From positions 268,150,001-268,214,000 of the forward strand of contig JBNRSN020000002.1 in NCBI GenBank assembly GCA_051313645.2: 64,000 nt of DNA, in the 5' to 3' direction. Below the pieces are notes generated by a model, which saw only the letters and a program-made list of their open reading frames with translations, had not been told where the DNA came from and did no database searches. The first letter of the stretch is position 1. Every line of letters begins with the position of its first letter. This document shows positions 45,701 through 55,533 of the stretch, piece by piece. The position numbers and the translations under genes were made by a program. This DNA comes from Centroscyllium fabricii. Its lineage: Eukaryota.

Positions 45701-47785
45701 TCATTCGGTCAGGCTGGCCGGAGACAAGAAAAAGGTGTCACCCACACATCAGCAAATACTGGAACCACCGCGACGAGATCACAGAGGCCAATGGAATCCT
45801 TCTAAAAGGTGAGAAGGTAATTATTCCACAGAAGCTCAGAACAAACATGCTACAGCGCATACACACGGGACATTTCCGAGTGGAGAAAAGCAAACACAGG
45901 GCCAGGGACATAATGTTTTGGCCAGGCATGAGTCAACAGATGGAGGAAACAGTAATGAAGTGTGACATATGCCAAACACACCGCAACGCCAACACAAAGG
46001 AACCTATGCTCTCACAGGCTATCCCAGAGAACCCATGGCAGGCTGTAGCAACAGATCTATTCGCCTGGAACTCCGAGAACTACATCGTCATATGTGACTA
46101 CCTCAGCAGGTACTTTGAAATGGAACGCCTGCACAACATCACCTCAGCTGCTGTTATCCACAAAATGAAAACAGTGTTTGCTAGACACGGCATACCAAAA
46201 AAAGTCGTTAGCGACAACGGGCCATGTTACAACTCATGTGAATTCCAACAGTTTGCAGAGTCATGGGGTTTCCAGCATGTCATTTCAAGCCCGCATTATC
46301 CCCAGAGCAACGGGCAAGCCGAAAAGACTGTCCAAACCGCAAAGCGGATCCTCACAAAGGCCAGAGAGGACAAGAAAGACCCATACCTCAGCCTGCTGGA
46401 GTATAGGAACACACCGTTCGACGGCATCCAATCTCCAGCCCAAATCCTGATGAGCCGCAGGCTGCGCTCTATCTTACCAACAACAACACTACAGTTACAA
46501 CCTCAGGTAGCCCCTCAGAGAACAGTGCGAGCAAGGAGAGAGAACTGCCAGCGACGCCAGAAACAGCAGTACAATAGGTCTGCTCGGCCGCTGTCAACAC
46601 TGCACGCCGGAGCGCCCATCTGCTTCCAGCAGGAAGATGGTACGTGGAAACCAGCAACAGTCATCCAAACTGCAGAAACTCCATGAAGCTACCACATCGA
46701 AACCAGCGATGGACAGACCTTCAGGCGCAACCGACGGCACCTTCTCGACACCCGAGACGACAAGCCCACACCCGTCATACAGCAGCCTGAGATCAGCGAG
46801 GACGACCTGATCACTGGACAAGGTGAACCAGGGAAACAGCAACCTCACCATGGTTCAGTGTGCGAACCAGATCACTCTGGGCCGTATCCCCGCACAAGGT
46901 ATGGTCGTGCCATTAAGCCAAGGCAAGTCCTTGACTTATAAATGATTGTAAAGAGTGTACGAAGAACGCTGCCCTATTTTAAAAAAAACTGTTATGTGAC
47001 CTGTTGCATTTACCTGCTTTGTGACTTGTTATACTACATACTATGTAATTTGCTACACTTACCTGTTGTGTGAGAAAAAAAGTTTATTCTGCACTAGAAG
47101 AAGGACATTTGCACTATGACATAAGATTAAGCGATGTGCCTTTATGCATATGTGTTCATTGCCTTGCAGGAACATTTTTTTGTTGAAGGGAGATGTAATG
47201 TTTAATGCTGCTATGGGCAGCACTTTTATTTTGAAGTCACTATTGCTGTACACAGGACTCTTATGTTGAAGCATTCTGAAACCGAAACCAAAAGCTAGCA
47301 GAGTGTAATGGAGGATACAGAACCTCATGTGTGTACTGTGAGACAGTGAATTAAAAGTGCTGAAGCTCCCAGGAAACTGCGTGGACCTGGTTTTATTTAC
47401 AGTAGGCAGTTAGCCACAACACACACTTTGAAAACAAGTTAATTCACTGGTTAACTGGTTAAGACCTTTAATTGTTCTAATTAATGAAAACAGCCACAAG
47501 CAGGTTTTCTAAAAAATAAATGAAAATGATGATGTGCTTTAATGCTGTGCCAGTGAAGAGTTACAAATTGACCTACCCTGCCTTGGGATTTATGGTTCCA
47601 ATGTAGTTGAAACATCTCCCAGTTATTATTTCTTTCAACTTTTCTGTTGATCCTTTTCCTTTCCAAACAGCTTTGGTATTGTCCTTTGCCAACGTTCTCT
47701 CTGTATGGCTTAAAAGCATGAGTCCAAGGAGGAGCAAACCTATTATCAGCAATAAGATATTGATGTTACTACAAGAAATGGCCAT
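15664..47785 (-). CDS. ADP-ribosyl cyclase/cyclic ADP-ribose hydrolase of the CD38/BST1 (CD157) family, 8 coding exons, 296 aa
   Basis: Exons 47785-47577, 30203-30074, 28555-28420, 24690-24608, 22317-22241, 21427-21335, 18622-18536 and 15739-15664 join through GT-AG sites into an 891-nt open frame. It has the ten family cysteines, WKGKGST, FWS, PLESTL (TLEDTL-like), NWCG, FWKAAS, VMLNGS and the catalytic Glu in SIFAEIEL. Orthology (CD38 vs BST1) is unresolved, so no symbol is given. Confidence 0.95.
15990..16747. mobile_element. MITE related to the GGGCCAGAAATT family (intron 7)
   Basis: TIRs GGGCCAGAAATTGCAG/CTGCAATTTCTGGGCC; ATT on both flanks. Confidence 0.75.
17285..18300 (-). mobile_element. 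CR1 3'-end fragments
   Basis: Reverse-complement CR1 tail and 3' ORF2 sequence in two pieces (about 17285-17620 and 17890-18300). Confidence 0.6.
18536..18622 (-). CDS. CD38/BST1-family cyclase exon 7
   Basis: Acceptor atttgcag, 87 nt, KESCGAGSVAELEKILKEKKIMYSCKDNY, donor CAG|GTGTGT. Confidence 0.95.
19654..20184. mobile_element. Tc1/mariner (pogo/Tigger-like) MITE, CpG-rich (intron 6)
   Basis: TIRs CAGGTTGCGCACCGGAAATCCG/CGGATTTTCGGTGCACAACCTG; TA on the right flank and CA on the left. Confidence 0.75.
21335..21427 (-). CDS. CD38/BST1-family cyclase exon 6 (catalytic Glu)
   Basis: Acceptor cctgtcactag, 93 nt, SIFAEIELGKLDNKRVSSVQLWIMDNIDGPD, donor AA|GTGAGG. Confidence 0.93.
21942..22040 (+). 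mobile_element. Penelope-like terminal repeat fragment with degenerate hammerhead-like core
   Basis: Inverted junction CCCTTCATCA/TGAAGG followed by CCCAAAACATC and the GATCTGCTGTGTTTTTCAGCA tail; a related piece lies at about 27037-27130. Confidence 0.4.
22241..22317 (-). CDS. CD38/BST1-family cyclase exon 5
   Basis: Acceptor cttttcacag, 77 nt, YAKKSHGEVTVMLNGSADAKAFRKD, donor CAG|GTACAA. Confidence 0.95.
23427..23695 (+). mobile_element. Solo LTR of the short-LTR YLDN Gypsy family (intron 4)
   Basis: TGTGGTAAACC...GATACGTCA, AATAAAAGCC, perfect GTGGC target duplication. Confidence 0.9.
24608..24690 (-). CDS. CD38/BST1-family cyclase exon 4
   Basis: Acceptor ttgttgcag, 83 nt, GPNFEACPKYDDCENNSMRSFWKAASEN, donor |GTAAGT. 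Confidence 0.95.
24957..25787. mobile_element. GC-rich Harbinger-type MITE (intron 3)
   Basis: Imperfect TIRs GGGCGCGAA/TTCGCAGCC; TAA on both flanks; repeated GGCGCTAA/TTAGCGC subterminal motifs. Confidence 0.65.
26150..26800 (-). mobile_element. Possible ancient DNA-transposase relic (Merlin/IS1595-like)
   Basis: YHKQD...HQIWVIGGTKES resembles the Merlin KYHRG...WVFGGIER segment; very degraded. Confidence 0.3.
26832..27290 (-). mobile_element. SINE 3' part (CR1-derived tail), Penelope-like piece and CR1 ORF1 fragment
   Basis: 26832-27036 closely matches 55545-55745; 27130-27290 encodes RIFQMNTWLEEWCKGEGFKFLGHW (CR1 ORF1 esterase). Confidence 0.7.
27442..28292. mobile_element. MITE, GGGCCAGAAATT family, second copy (intron 3)
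   Basis: Same TIRs; reverse complement of 6768-7614. Confidence 0.82.
28420..28555 (-). CDS. CD38/BST1-family cyclase exon 3
   Basis: Acceptor tttcttag, 136 nt, SIFWSQTKVLILQYTDVTEKVMPLESTLIGYMINGLNWCGKLSIP, donor CAG|GTGAGT. Confidence 0.95.
28946..29130. mobile_element. Short fold-back MITE (intron 2)
   Basis: About 75-bp imperfect inverted arms, TGCGATAGTGTAAAATGGGTGATAG vs CTATCACCCATTTTAGACTATCGCA. Confidence 0.7.
30074..30203 (-). CDS. CD38/BST1-family cyclase exon 2
   Basis: Acceptor ttttgtcag, 130 nt, NKDCSKIWEAFLRAFSSKDPCKITKEDYKPFLDLADHDIPANQ, donor CAG|GTGAGG. Confidence 0.95.
30315..30540 (-). mobile_element. Deu-domain SINE (SacSINE1/AmnSINE1-like) split by element B; continues at 40756-40810
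   Basis: Reverse complement of the SINE at 41760-42060; the two halves rejoin across the ATTAT/ATTGT target duplication. Confidence 0.7.
30811..32656. mobile_element. Non-autonomous PIF/Harbinger-type element with internal cargo, inserted in the leader of element B
   Basis: About 41-bp TIRs GGGGCCCTTCACAATTGTCAACATTTTCAC; TTA target duplication; contains a CR1 ORF1 fragment (31821-32110), a SINE tail and a 126-bp hairpin. Confidence 0.85.
31695..31820. repeat. Near-perfect 126-bp hairpin (mini-MITE with TA ends)
   Basis: TATATATTTTGGTGATAGTGAAAAAAATCGG... pairs with ...CCGATTTTTTTCACTATCACCAAAATATATA; arms about 46 bp. Confidence 0.8.
33341..35410 (-). mobile_element. Element C: 5'-truncated short-LTR family Gypsy (end of RT, RNase H, integrase, PPT, LTR 33610-33341) inserted in the gag of B
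   Basis: LGFFSYYAQWVPNYADKARPL, VENDASD, DFKGPLP, NGQVER; LTR TGTGGTAAACC...GTGCATCA. Confidence 0.92.
36767..37001. mobile_element. Solo LTR of another family inserted in the RT of element B
   Basis: TG...CA termini, perfect GATGA target duplication; the B frame QQKID|ETYR rejoins across it. Confidence 0.8.
37765..38145 (+). mobile_element. tRNA-derived SINE with CR1-type tail
   Basis: A-box GTGGCACAGTGG, B-box GGTTCGAATCC, GTGTGGAGTTTGCATGTTCTCCCC core, tail GGCTCGAGGGGCCAAATAGCCTACTCC. Confidence 0.8.
41760..42062 (+). mobile_element. Deu-domain SINE (SacSINE1/AmnSINE1-like) inside a decayed MITE (about 41447-42290)
   Basis: GAGGCCCCGTCTGCTCTCTCAGGTGGAC...CCATGGCACTATTTCGAAGAAGAGCAG core and an L2-type tail. 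Confidence 0.75.
42725..47421 (+). mobile_element. Gypsy element E (Mag-like), full length, intron 1, antisense to the host gene; LTRs 42725-42952 and 47194-47421
   Basis: 228-bp LTRs with 3 differences seen; CACAC target duplication; PBS TGGTGTCAGA (tRNA-Leu-like); PPT GAAGGGAGA. Confidence 0.95.
42997..46941 (+). pseudogene. Element E single-frame gag-pol with four in-frame stops (43711, 44749, 45379, 46684)
   Basis: LDWESPNLPDAW, KLDTGAQTSVIP, RLPFGI, IVDD, LQVDAS, SDNGP, SNGQAEK all in one frame. Confidence 0.93.
47577..47785 (-). CDS. CD38/BST1-family cyclase exon 1 (hydrophobic signal/anchor, WKGKGST...GRC)
   Basis: MAISCSNINILLLIIGLLLLGLMLLSHTERTLAKDNTKAVWKGKGSTEKLKEIITGRCFNYIGTINPKAG; phase-2 donor GG|GTAGGT. 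Confidence 0.92.
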
Positions 47786-47821
47786 TCTATTTATTCTTGT
47801 GTATGAGACGTAAGAATGGGC

Positions 47822-47828
47822 TTATATA
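47822..47828 (-). promoter_or_regulatory. Candidate TATA box of the cyclase gene
   Basis: TATATAA on the minus strand about 37 nt upstream of the ATG; would imply a very short 5' UTR. Confidence 0.3.
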
Positions 47829-48581
47829 TTTCAGGAATGAAAATTTCAGGCTACACTTGAGACAAGTTACCATTTTGATATGGGACTCTGTTAAGTGCAG
47901 CGATCAGACTACATTCTCATATTATGAGTAACATGTTTGGTGCAAAACAAAGAATGCAACGTATTGGCAGTTTAAACTATTAGAGAGAAATTGGGGTCTG
48001 TAGTGCCCATTTGTAGGCACTAATTGGCCTCCTAGTACTCAAAAATGGCATTCAAGAAGTGTATGCACACTTGGTATAATGACTGCCAGCAGCATGCAGA
48101 GCAGGCAGATTATGACGTCAATCAGTTAACAATGCTAATTTGACACCAGCGCTGCCACACTCCAGCCCATGTCCTCTCTTAACCTCGCACAGCTGAACAC
48201 GACGTTAAATGGCATGAAGGTCACCCCATCAGTGCTATTTAAAGAGATCATGAACTACTTACAGGTTAGTTGCTGGATTATTTCTTCTGACTTTTAGTGC
48301 AATAGCACATGTTTTTGGAGCGTTCCTGTACTTGTCTAAAGTTTCAATAGTTTGCAGGGAGTGCTCTGGTGGTGCTGAAATACTTACTTGGTGATTTAAA
48401 GGCTTGTGCTGAAATATGTTGTTTCCAGGCATGGTAGGCCCTCTTCTTGGCATTTCACAGTTTGCATTACACTGCTGTTAAGGGAGGTCGCGGAGGCTCT
48501 TTTCCAAAGAAAGACAGCTTCAACTCATTCCCTCTTGCCAGAGACAAGCAGGTGAAGCAAGCACGAGGGTTTGCATGGATT

Positions 48582-51500
48582 TGTGGAGCTGCGAGTACTT
48601 AAAGAATGCACAGAGACAGAGCTAAAGGAAAACACAACTTTACTCTAGAGATTCAAAACATGGAAGAGGCAGAACCACGAGGTATCAACATATTTAAACT
48701 GTCCCGCCGTTGGTGACGTCATCACGTCCACCGACGTGGTGACGCAACCGCATCACGTGGTTGAGCGAGCCGCGCTCCGCGGAGCCCCGTTGGCGGATTC
48801 GTAATCCCAGCGGGTGTGCCGCTACACAGCTCCCCCCAGAATCCGTCCGGGAGAAATAAATTGCCGTGTCTATGTGTGCCGTTGGGGCGGTCGGATGATG
48901 CGGCCGGACCGTGTTGTTCGTTGTTGCCGGTTCTGCGTTGGAGTGTGGGCGGGTTTAGGTGCGGGAGGGCGACCGCGTTGTGGTGGTTGCGCGGGGACCG
49001 TGGTCTCGCCCGCTGTCACGTGTGCCGGCTTGAGCCGGTCTATAGTTACTGTCTCAGTTCTTTTGCCCATTTGTAACTCGAAGAACTTGTCTCCCGCCCG
49101 AAGCACTCTGTAAGGGCCATCGTACGGTGGCTGTAAAGGGGCTCGATGCCCGTCTCGTCTGATAAATACCCATTTGGCATTTTTAATGTCCTCTGGCACC
49201 CGAGCTGCCGGCTCTCCATGCCGGGCCACTGGCAATGGCTGAAAGGCTCGTGCCGGGTTTGCCCAGTCTTTTAAATACTGGTCTGCTGACCAGGGTGAGT
49301 TGGCCTCAGCCAGAAATTCGCCCGGAACCGTCAAAGCCTGGCCGTAGACGAGCTCTGCTGCTGAGGCGTTGAGGTCCTCTTTGACTGCCGAGCGCAGCCC
49401 GAGGAGGACCCATGGAAGGCGGTCGGTCCATGAAGCATCCTTTAGCGTGGCCCGCAATGATGCCTTCATTGAGCGGTGGAACCGTTCGCATAGGCCGTTC
49501 GCCTGTGGGTGGTATGCGGTGGTCCTGTGTAGCGTCACCCCGAGGTCGCGAGCGATGGCCGCCCATAGCGTCGACGTAAACTGGGGTCCTCTGTCGGAGG
49601 TGATGTCCGTGGGCACGCCGAATCGGGCGATCCATGTGGCGATGAACGCCCTGGCTAGGTCCGTGGTGTTGGTGGCAGTGAGGGGAACTGCTTCAGGCCA
49701 GCGGGTGTTGCGGTCGACCATGGTCAGTAGGTGCGTGTGGCCGCGAGATGCTGGTAGAGGCCCAACGAGGTCAATATGGACGTGGTCAAAGCGTCTGGCC
49801 GGTACTTTAAAATTTTGCAGCGGTGCCTTGATGTGCTTGTGCACCTTGGAGCGCTGGCAGGCTATGCAGGAGGTGGCCCAGACGCGGACGTCTTTGCGCA
49901 GGCCGCGCCATACGAACCGGGCCGATATGAGTCTAATGGACGCGCGGACGCCGGGGTGGGACAGGTCATGGAGGGTCGTAAAAATTCGTTCCCTCCACGC
50001 GAGGGGCACGACGGGCCTGGGTTGTGGTAAGGAAACGTCGCAGCAGATGACGGTGGCAGCGGGACCGTGCGCGACATTGGCCAAGCGTAGGCCAGGGAGT
50101 TTAGTGGCTGCATTGAGTAGGTCAGGGTCGGTCAGCTGGTCGGCGGCCAGCTGGGCGTAATCAACTGCCATTTGGGCGGCGTTGATGGTGGGGCGTGAGA
50201 GGCAGTCAGCGACTACATTGTCGCGGCCGGAAATGTGCTGAATGTCGGTTGTGAATTCCGACACGGCCGTGAGTTGGCGCTGCTGCCTGGCTGACCAGGG
50301 ATCCGCTAGCTTAGCCATCGCGAACGTGAGTGGCTTGTGGTCGGTGAAGGCTGTAAAGTGTCGGCCCTCCAGGAGGAACCGAAAATGTCGCACCGCCAGA
50401 TGGAGAGCCAGTAGCTCCCTATCAAAGGCGCTGTATTTAACCTCTGGGGGCCGGAGTTGTCGGCTGAAAAAGGCCAGGGGTTGCCACGAGTTGCCGGTCC
50501 ACTGCTCAAATACGGCCCCGACCGCGTGGTCGGAGGCGTCGGTGGTGAGGGCTACTCTGGCGTTGGGCCTAGGGTGGGCTAGGAGGGTGGCGTTTGCCAG
50601 GGCGGTTTTGGTTGCGGTGAAGGCGGTGGCGGCGTCGGCCGTCCACTCGACCGCAGCCTTGTTGGGCTGCCCGCGGGTGGCCTGGTATAAGGGGGCCATG
50701 AGGGCGGCTGCTCCCGGGATAAATCGGTTATAGAAATTGACCATGCCCAGGAATTCCTGTAGTCCCTTAATGGAGTGCGGGCGAGGGAATTCTTGCACCG
50801 CCTGCGCTTTAGAGGGCAGAGGTATGGCTCCTGCCTGGGAAATGCGGTGGCCGAGGAAGTCGATGGTCTCGAGGCCAAACCTGCATTTGGTGGGGCTTAA
50901 TATAAGGCCGTGTTCGGTAAGGCGCTGGAACAGGGTCCTGAGATGTAGGAGGTGTTCCTGAGGGGACGAGCTGGCCACGAGGATGTCGTCCAAATAGACG
51001 AAGATGAACCTCAAGTCCCGTAGGACTGAGTCCATGAGGCGCTGGAAGGCCTGGGCCGCGTTTTTAAGGCCGAAGGGCATCCTCATAAATTCAAAAAGCC
51101 CGAAGGGGGTGATCACGGCCGTTTTGGGAATGTCCGCCGAGTGCACGGGTACCTGGTGGTAGCCACGCACCAGGTCGATCTTAGAAAAGATCGTGCGCCC
51201 TGCCAGTCTGGCGGAAAAGTCCTGGATGTGGGGTACGGGGTACCTATCCGGGGTGGTGGCGTTGTTGAGGCGGCGATAGTCGCCGCAGGGGCGCCAACCT
51301 CCGTCGGGCTTGGGGGCTATGTGGAGCGGGGAGGACCAGGGGCTGTTGGAGCGGCGGATAATACCGAGTTGTTCCATGGTGCGGAACTCGGTGATGGCGA
51401 TCTCCAGCTTAGCTGGGTCGAGCCTACGGGCGCGTGCATGGACGGGCGGGCCTGTGGTGGTTATGTAGTGCTCTACCCCGTGTTTGGCCTTACGGGCGGT

Positions 51501-53027
51501 GAACGTGGGGTTGGTAAGGGCGGGAAATTCCGCCAGGAGTGTGCCGTAGGCATCGCGGTCCTTGGAGCGGCATTGGGCTGCCGCGTGGGTCAGGAGTGCG
51601 CGCCCTGTGGAACATGGAATGGTCGTCATGGTGCTGAGATTCACCAGGCGGCGCCGGGTTACATCGACCAGTAGGCCGTTGGCGCAGAGGAAATCTGCCC
51701 CGAGGAGGGGAGAGGTGACCTGGGCCGTTACAAACTCCCAGGTGTACGTGTGGCCTGCAAGGGTAATAGTCAGCTCGCGTGTGCCGTACGTTTTAATGCT
51801 GGACCCGTTGGCTGCCGCTAGTGGCGGGCCGCGGGTGCCTCGTTTGGTTTCTGCGGGGGAGGCTGGCACGATGCTGTGCTGCGCGCCTGTGTCGCAGAGG
51901 AACCTGAGGCCGGTGCCGCTGTCGGTGGCGAAGAGGAGTGCTCCTGTGTGGCCTACCGACATGGTGGAGGCTGAGTTAGGTTTAAACGTGCACGGCTGGA
52001 CGCAGCGGTGCGCTTTGTGTTCAAACCGCGTGTGATAGTAGCACCAGCCGGTGCTAGAGGGGCGCGGTTGTCTGGGCGGGCGTGGGGCCTTGGGTTCGGG
52101 CATAAAATTGTGCCCAGGGGGCGAATAGTTGTGCTCTACCGATGCTGAGTTGGGGGCGCACGTGGTAGAGCTGGTGCGCTGCGCCGCCATAAGCCTGTCA
52201 GCTTCCTCGCCGAGTTCGTCGTCGCTAAGGTGGGCTAGGGCTGCCAGGGCAGGTCTGATTGCGCGGGGCAATTTGAGGAGGAAAACCGTGCGAAATAGGG
52301 TGGCAGGGTTGGGAGTGAGCGCCTGCATCTGACCTAGCAGGTCCGATGGGTCGGTGTCCCCGAGCTCGGGGAGGTCGAGGAGCTGGCAGTCGCGCTCGAA
52401 CTGGGAAGGGGTAAACTTCTTAATCAGCGCGGCCTTAAGTGTTTCGTACCTGCCTACGGAGGGCACGCGCTGGATCGTTGACCACATCCTATCGACGGTC
52501 GTTTGGGGCAGAGCTGTGAAGACCAAGTCGTAGCGGTCGTCCCCGTTGACGCCATTTGAACGGCAGCTGGCTTCTATGCAGCTAAACCAGGCCGCTGGCC
52601 GTTGCTCCCAGAACTCGGGCAAAACAAGTCCGCGCCCGGTGTTCCGTCCAGCCCCCTGTGATCGTGGGGCTTGGTTCCTTGCGTTGGACATATTTTTTTA
52701 AAGTCCTTGGCTGCGATCCTCAAATACTGCAGCAGCTTTTCTTCACTGGACTGGAAGTCGTTCCAGTTGTCGGGGTCACCACTGTGGAGCTGCGAGTACT
52801 TAAAGAATGCACAGAGACAGAGCTAAAGGAAAACACAACTTTACTCTAGAGATTCAAAACATGGAAGAGGCAGAACCACGAGGTATCAACATATTTAAAC
52901 TGTCCCGCCGTTGGTGACGTCATCACGTCCACCGACGTGGTGACGCAACCGCATCACGTGGTTGAGCGAGCCGCGCTCCGCGGAGCCCCGTTGGCGGATT
53001 CGTAATCCCAGCGGGTGTGCCGCTACA
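48582..53027 (-). mobile_element. Gypsy element F (CsRn1-like), intact; LTRs 53027-52783 and 48826-48582
   Basis: 245-bp LTRs appear identical; GATT 4-bp target duplication; PBS TGGTGACCCCGAC (tRNA-Trp); PPT TGGGGGGAG. Confidence 0.97.
48870..52691 (-). CDS. Element F intact gag-pol polyprotein (1273 aa): Gag with CHCC motif, protease, RT, RNase H, integrase with GPY/F
   Basis: [70 protein letters not shown]. Confidence 0.97.
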   Translation of the reverse strand: MSNARNQAPRSQGAGRNTGRGLVLPEFWEQRPAAWFSCIEASCRSNGVNGDDRYDLVFTALPQTTVDRMWSTIQRVPSVGRYETLKAALIKKFTPSQFERDCQLLDLPELGDTDPSDLLGQMQALTPNPATLFRTVFLLKLPRAIRPALAALAHLSDDELGEEADRLMAAQRTSSTTCAPNSASVEHNYSPPGHNFMPEPKAPRPPRQPRPSSTGWCYYHTRFEHKAHRCVQPCTFKPNSASTMSVGHTGALLFATDSGTGLRFLCDTGAQHSIVPASPAETKRGTRGPPLAAANGSSIKTYGTRELTITLAGHTYTWEFVTAQVTSPLLGADFLCANGLLVDVTRRRLVNLSTMTTIPCSTGRALLTHAAAQCRSKDRDAYGTLLAEFPALTNPTFTARKAKHGVEHYITTTGPPVHARARRLDPAKLEIAITEFRTMEQLGIIRRSNSPWSSPLHIAPKPDGGWRPCGDYRRLNNATTPDRYPVPHIQDFSARLAGRTIFSKIDLVRGYHQVPVHSADIPKTAVITPFGLFEFMRMPFGLKNAAQAFQRLMDSVLRDLRFIFVYLDDILVASSSPQEHLLHLRTLFQRLTEHGLILSPTKCRFGLETIDFLGHRISQAGAIPLPSKAQAVQEFPRPHSIKGLQEFLGMVNFYNRFIPGAAALMAPLYQATRGQPNKAAVEWTADAATAFTATKTALANATLLAHPRPNARVALTTDASDHAVGAVFEQWTGNSWQPLAFFSRQLRPPEVKYSAFDRELLALHLAVRHFRFLLEGRHFTAFTDHKPLTFAMAKLADPWSARQQRQLTAVSEFTTDIQHISGRDNVVADCLSRPTINAAQMAVDYAQLAADQLTDPDLLNAATKLPGLRLANVAHGPAATVICCDVSLPQPRPVVPLAWRERIFTTLHDLSHPGVRASIRLISARFVWRGLRKDVRVWATSCIACQRSKVHKHIKAPLQNFKVPARRFDHVHIDLVGPLPASRGHTHLLTMVDRNTRWPEAVPLTATNTTDLARAFIATWIARFGVPTDITSDRGPQFTSTLWAAIARDLGVTLHRTTAYHPQANGLCERFHRSMKASLRATLKDASWTDRLPWVLLGLRSAVKEDLNASAAELVYGQALTVPGEFLAEANSPWSADQYLKDWANPARAFQPLPVARHGEPAARVPEDIKNAKWVFIRRDGHRAPLQPPYDGPYRVLRAGDKFFELQMGKRTETVTIDRLKPAHVTAGETTVPAQPPQRGRPPAPKPAHTPTQNRQQRTTRSGRIIRPPQRHT

Positions 53028-53210
53028 GATTGCAGGTTTCCCATGGTGCAGGGTGCCTTTGACTGCAAGCACATTGCATGGCATGCACCTCATGTGAACT
53101 TTGCCATTTTCCTGAACCGAAAGGGATTCTACTCCCTCAATGTACAGCTGGCGTGTGACCACAGGCAGCACACATGCAGGTGAATGCCCATTTTGCTGTC
53201 AGTAGTCAGG

Positions 53211-53588
53211 TGTCAGCCATGGCTCAATTGGTAGCACCGAGCCAGAAGGTTGTGGCACTGGAGTGGCAGCCTAGATTTTTGTGTTCCAGAGACTTGAGCA
53301 CAAAAATCTAGGCTGACACTCCAGTGCAGTACTGAGGGAGTGCTGCACTGTTGGAGGGGCCATCTTTTGGATGAGAGGTTAAACTGAGGCCCAATCTGCT
53401 CTCTCAGGTGGATGTAAAAGATTCCATGGCACTATTTTAAAGAAAGCAGAGGAGTTATCCCCGGTGCCCTGGCTAATATTTATCCTTCAATCAGCATTCA
53501 ACATCACTAAAACAGAGTATCTGGTCATTATCACATTGCTGTGCATGGGAGCTTGCGTGCACAAATTGGCTGCCACATTTCCTACATT
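53211..53588 (+). mobile_element. Deu-domain SINE with tRNA-like head
   Basis: Head TGGCTCAATTGGTAGCAC; same core as 41760-42060. Confidence 0.7.
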
Positions 53589-53599
53589 ACCCTGAAATG

Positions 53600-54290
53600 A
53601 GCTAACGACCACATATCCATGCCATAACTAAGCCCGCCTATTTCCACCTCCCTAACATCACCCGTCTCTGCCCCTGCCTCAGCTCGTCTGCTGCTGAAAC
53701 CCTCATCCATCCCTTTGTTACCTCTACACTTGACTATTCCAACGCACTCCTGGCTGGCCTCCCACATTCTACCCGAAGTAAATTTGAGGTCATCCAAAAT
53801 TCGGCTGCCCGTGTCCTAACTCGCACCAAGTCCTGTTCACTCATCACTCCTGTGCTCGCTGACCGACACTGACTCTTGGTTAAGCAACGCCTTGATTTTA
53901 AAATTCACATCGTTGTTTTCAAATCTCTCCATGGCTTCACCCCTCACTATCTCTGTAATCTCCTCCAGCCCCACAACCTCCTGAGATATCTGCGCTCCTC
54001 TAATTCTGGCCTCTTGAGGATCCCTGATTTTAATCACTCAACCATTGGTGGCCGTGCCTTCAGCTGCCTAGGCCCTAAGCACTGGAATTCCCTCCCTAAA
54101 GCTCTTTGTCTCTCTTTCCTCCTTTAAGACGTTCCTTAAAACCTACCTCTTTGATCAAGCTTTTGGCCACCTGTCCTAATATCTCCTTATGTGATCGGAC
54201 TCAAATTTTGTTTTATAACGCTCCTGTGAAGTGCCTTGAGACGTTTCACTTTGTTAAAGATGCTATATAAATATAAGTTGTTGTTGTTGT
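53600..54290 (+). mobile_element. L2 LINE 3' end
   Basis: ETLIHPFVTSTLDYSNALL, KQRLDFKI, GGRAFS..GPKHWNSLP and a (TTG)n tail. Confidence 0.85.
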
Positions 54291-54574
54291 AAATGCTCCC
54301 TAAAATAGATATTGAACATTTACACAGATGTTGGTCAGTGGACAACACATAGATCTAACGTTCTTTCTGTACCACCAAGTTCTGGCAAACAGAGATCTCA
54401 AATTTCTGCCACAAACATGTAAAAAATATCCCAAACCAATTGTGTTTGAAATATGATTTAAAGCTAAATTTTAAACCTAAAATGTATTTGATGGTACTGC
54501 TTTTTATATACAAAACCCCCTCCACCCCCCCGCCCCCAGCATGAGAGGAAGCTATTGAGTAAAATATAATTGTT

Positions 54575-54925
54575 AAACATAGAACATAGAACATACAGCA
54601 CTGTACAGGCCCTTGGGCCCTCAATGTAGTGCCGCGCTTAGTCCGTCTCCGATTTTTCCTGTCCCCCCTACTCTTCCTTCCCCTCCATGTACCTATCTAT
54701 CATCCTTTTAAAAGCTCCCAGACTGTCCACATCCACTATTTCAGATGGTAGCCTATTACACTCCCCGACCACTCTCTGTGTAAAGAACTTGCCCCTGCCA
54801 TCCCTTCTGAATCTTCCTCCTTGAATCTTGTGCTCGTGCCCTCTTGTTGTCGTTCTTCCCACCCAGGGAAACAGTCTCTGCACGTTTACTCTATCGATCC
54901 CCTTCATCATCTTGAACATCTCTAT
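54575..54925 (-). mobile_element. CR1 LINE 3' end
   Basis: FKMMKGIDRV...TTTRGH...FFTQRVV and a (TTCTATG)n tail. Confidence 0.85.
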
Positions 54926-55533
54926 TAAGTTTGATCTTCAGAATGAATAGTGTTTACAAACCAATTGAATGGGATTTGGATCAAAGCCAACTTACCACAG
55001 ACAGCTGCATTATGTCTTGGGTTGCCTTTACCTGTAAGATGCAGGCTCTTGAGAAATAACATCTTCAAGCTGTCGTTTCTACTTTGACACAGGAAGTGTG
55101 CAGCAGAAAGCTGCACACTTCCTCATTCATTATATCCACTTTAGAAACTCCTCCTCTAACAACTCCTCCTCTAACTATCTGTAAACACAATCTAGGTTAA
55201 CCAATCATAAAGCAAAGAGATGGGCCAATAAAACAGAATATCTTTGAGTTACTCAGCAATTATGACCAATGACACATGAGCAAGAGCACTAAAACATTTT
55301 AATCAACCCTCTGAGATAAACAACTCTTAAAAGAATGAGTTTAGTCATCACAAACCTGTAATACCTCATAGTGTGGCAGTCCAACATCCGATTGTAAATG
55401 TCGGCATATAGAAACTCTATGTATAATCCCCTTTAACATGTATGTCTCCCCTCCCCTTTAAGAACGAGGGAAAACGGACCTTACCTGACCCAACGTGGTG
55501 ACGTCATCATGCGTTTCGCGGGCTTTCAAGTTC

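Larger units (their letters stand above)
47980..53210 (+). mobile_element. Harbinger transposon relic (transposase fragment) split by element F
   Basis: Joining 48500-48581 to 53032-53190 gives GFAWIAGFPMVQGAFDCKHIA...FLNRKGFYSLNVQLACDH, a Harbinger/HARBI1-type DDE segment; left boundary approximate. Confidence 0.7.

Noticed and set aside
49369-52332. Long plus-strand ORFs antisense to element F
   Set aside because: Expected shadow ORFs of a GC-rich coding strand; no recognisable domains.
53028-53190. Host HARBI1 gene
   Set aside because: Short, frameshifted, split by element F and truncated by a SINE; a Harbinger transposase relic.
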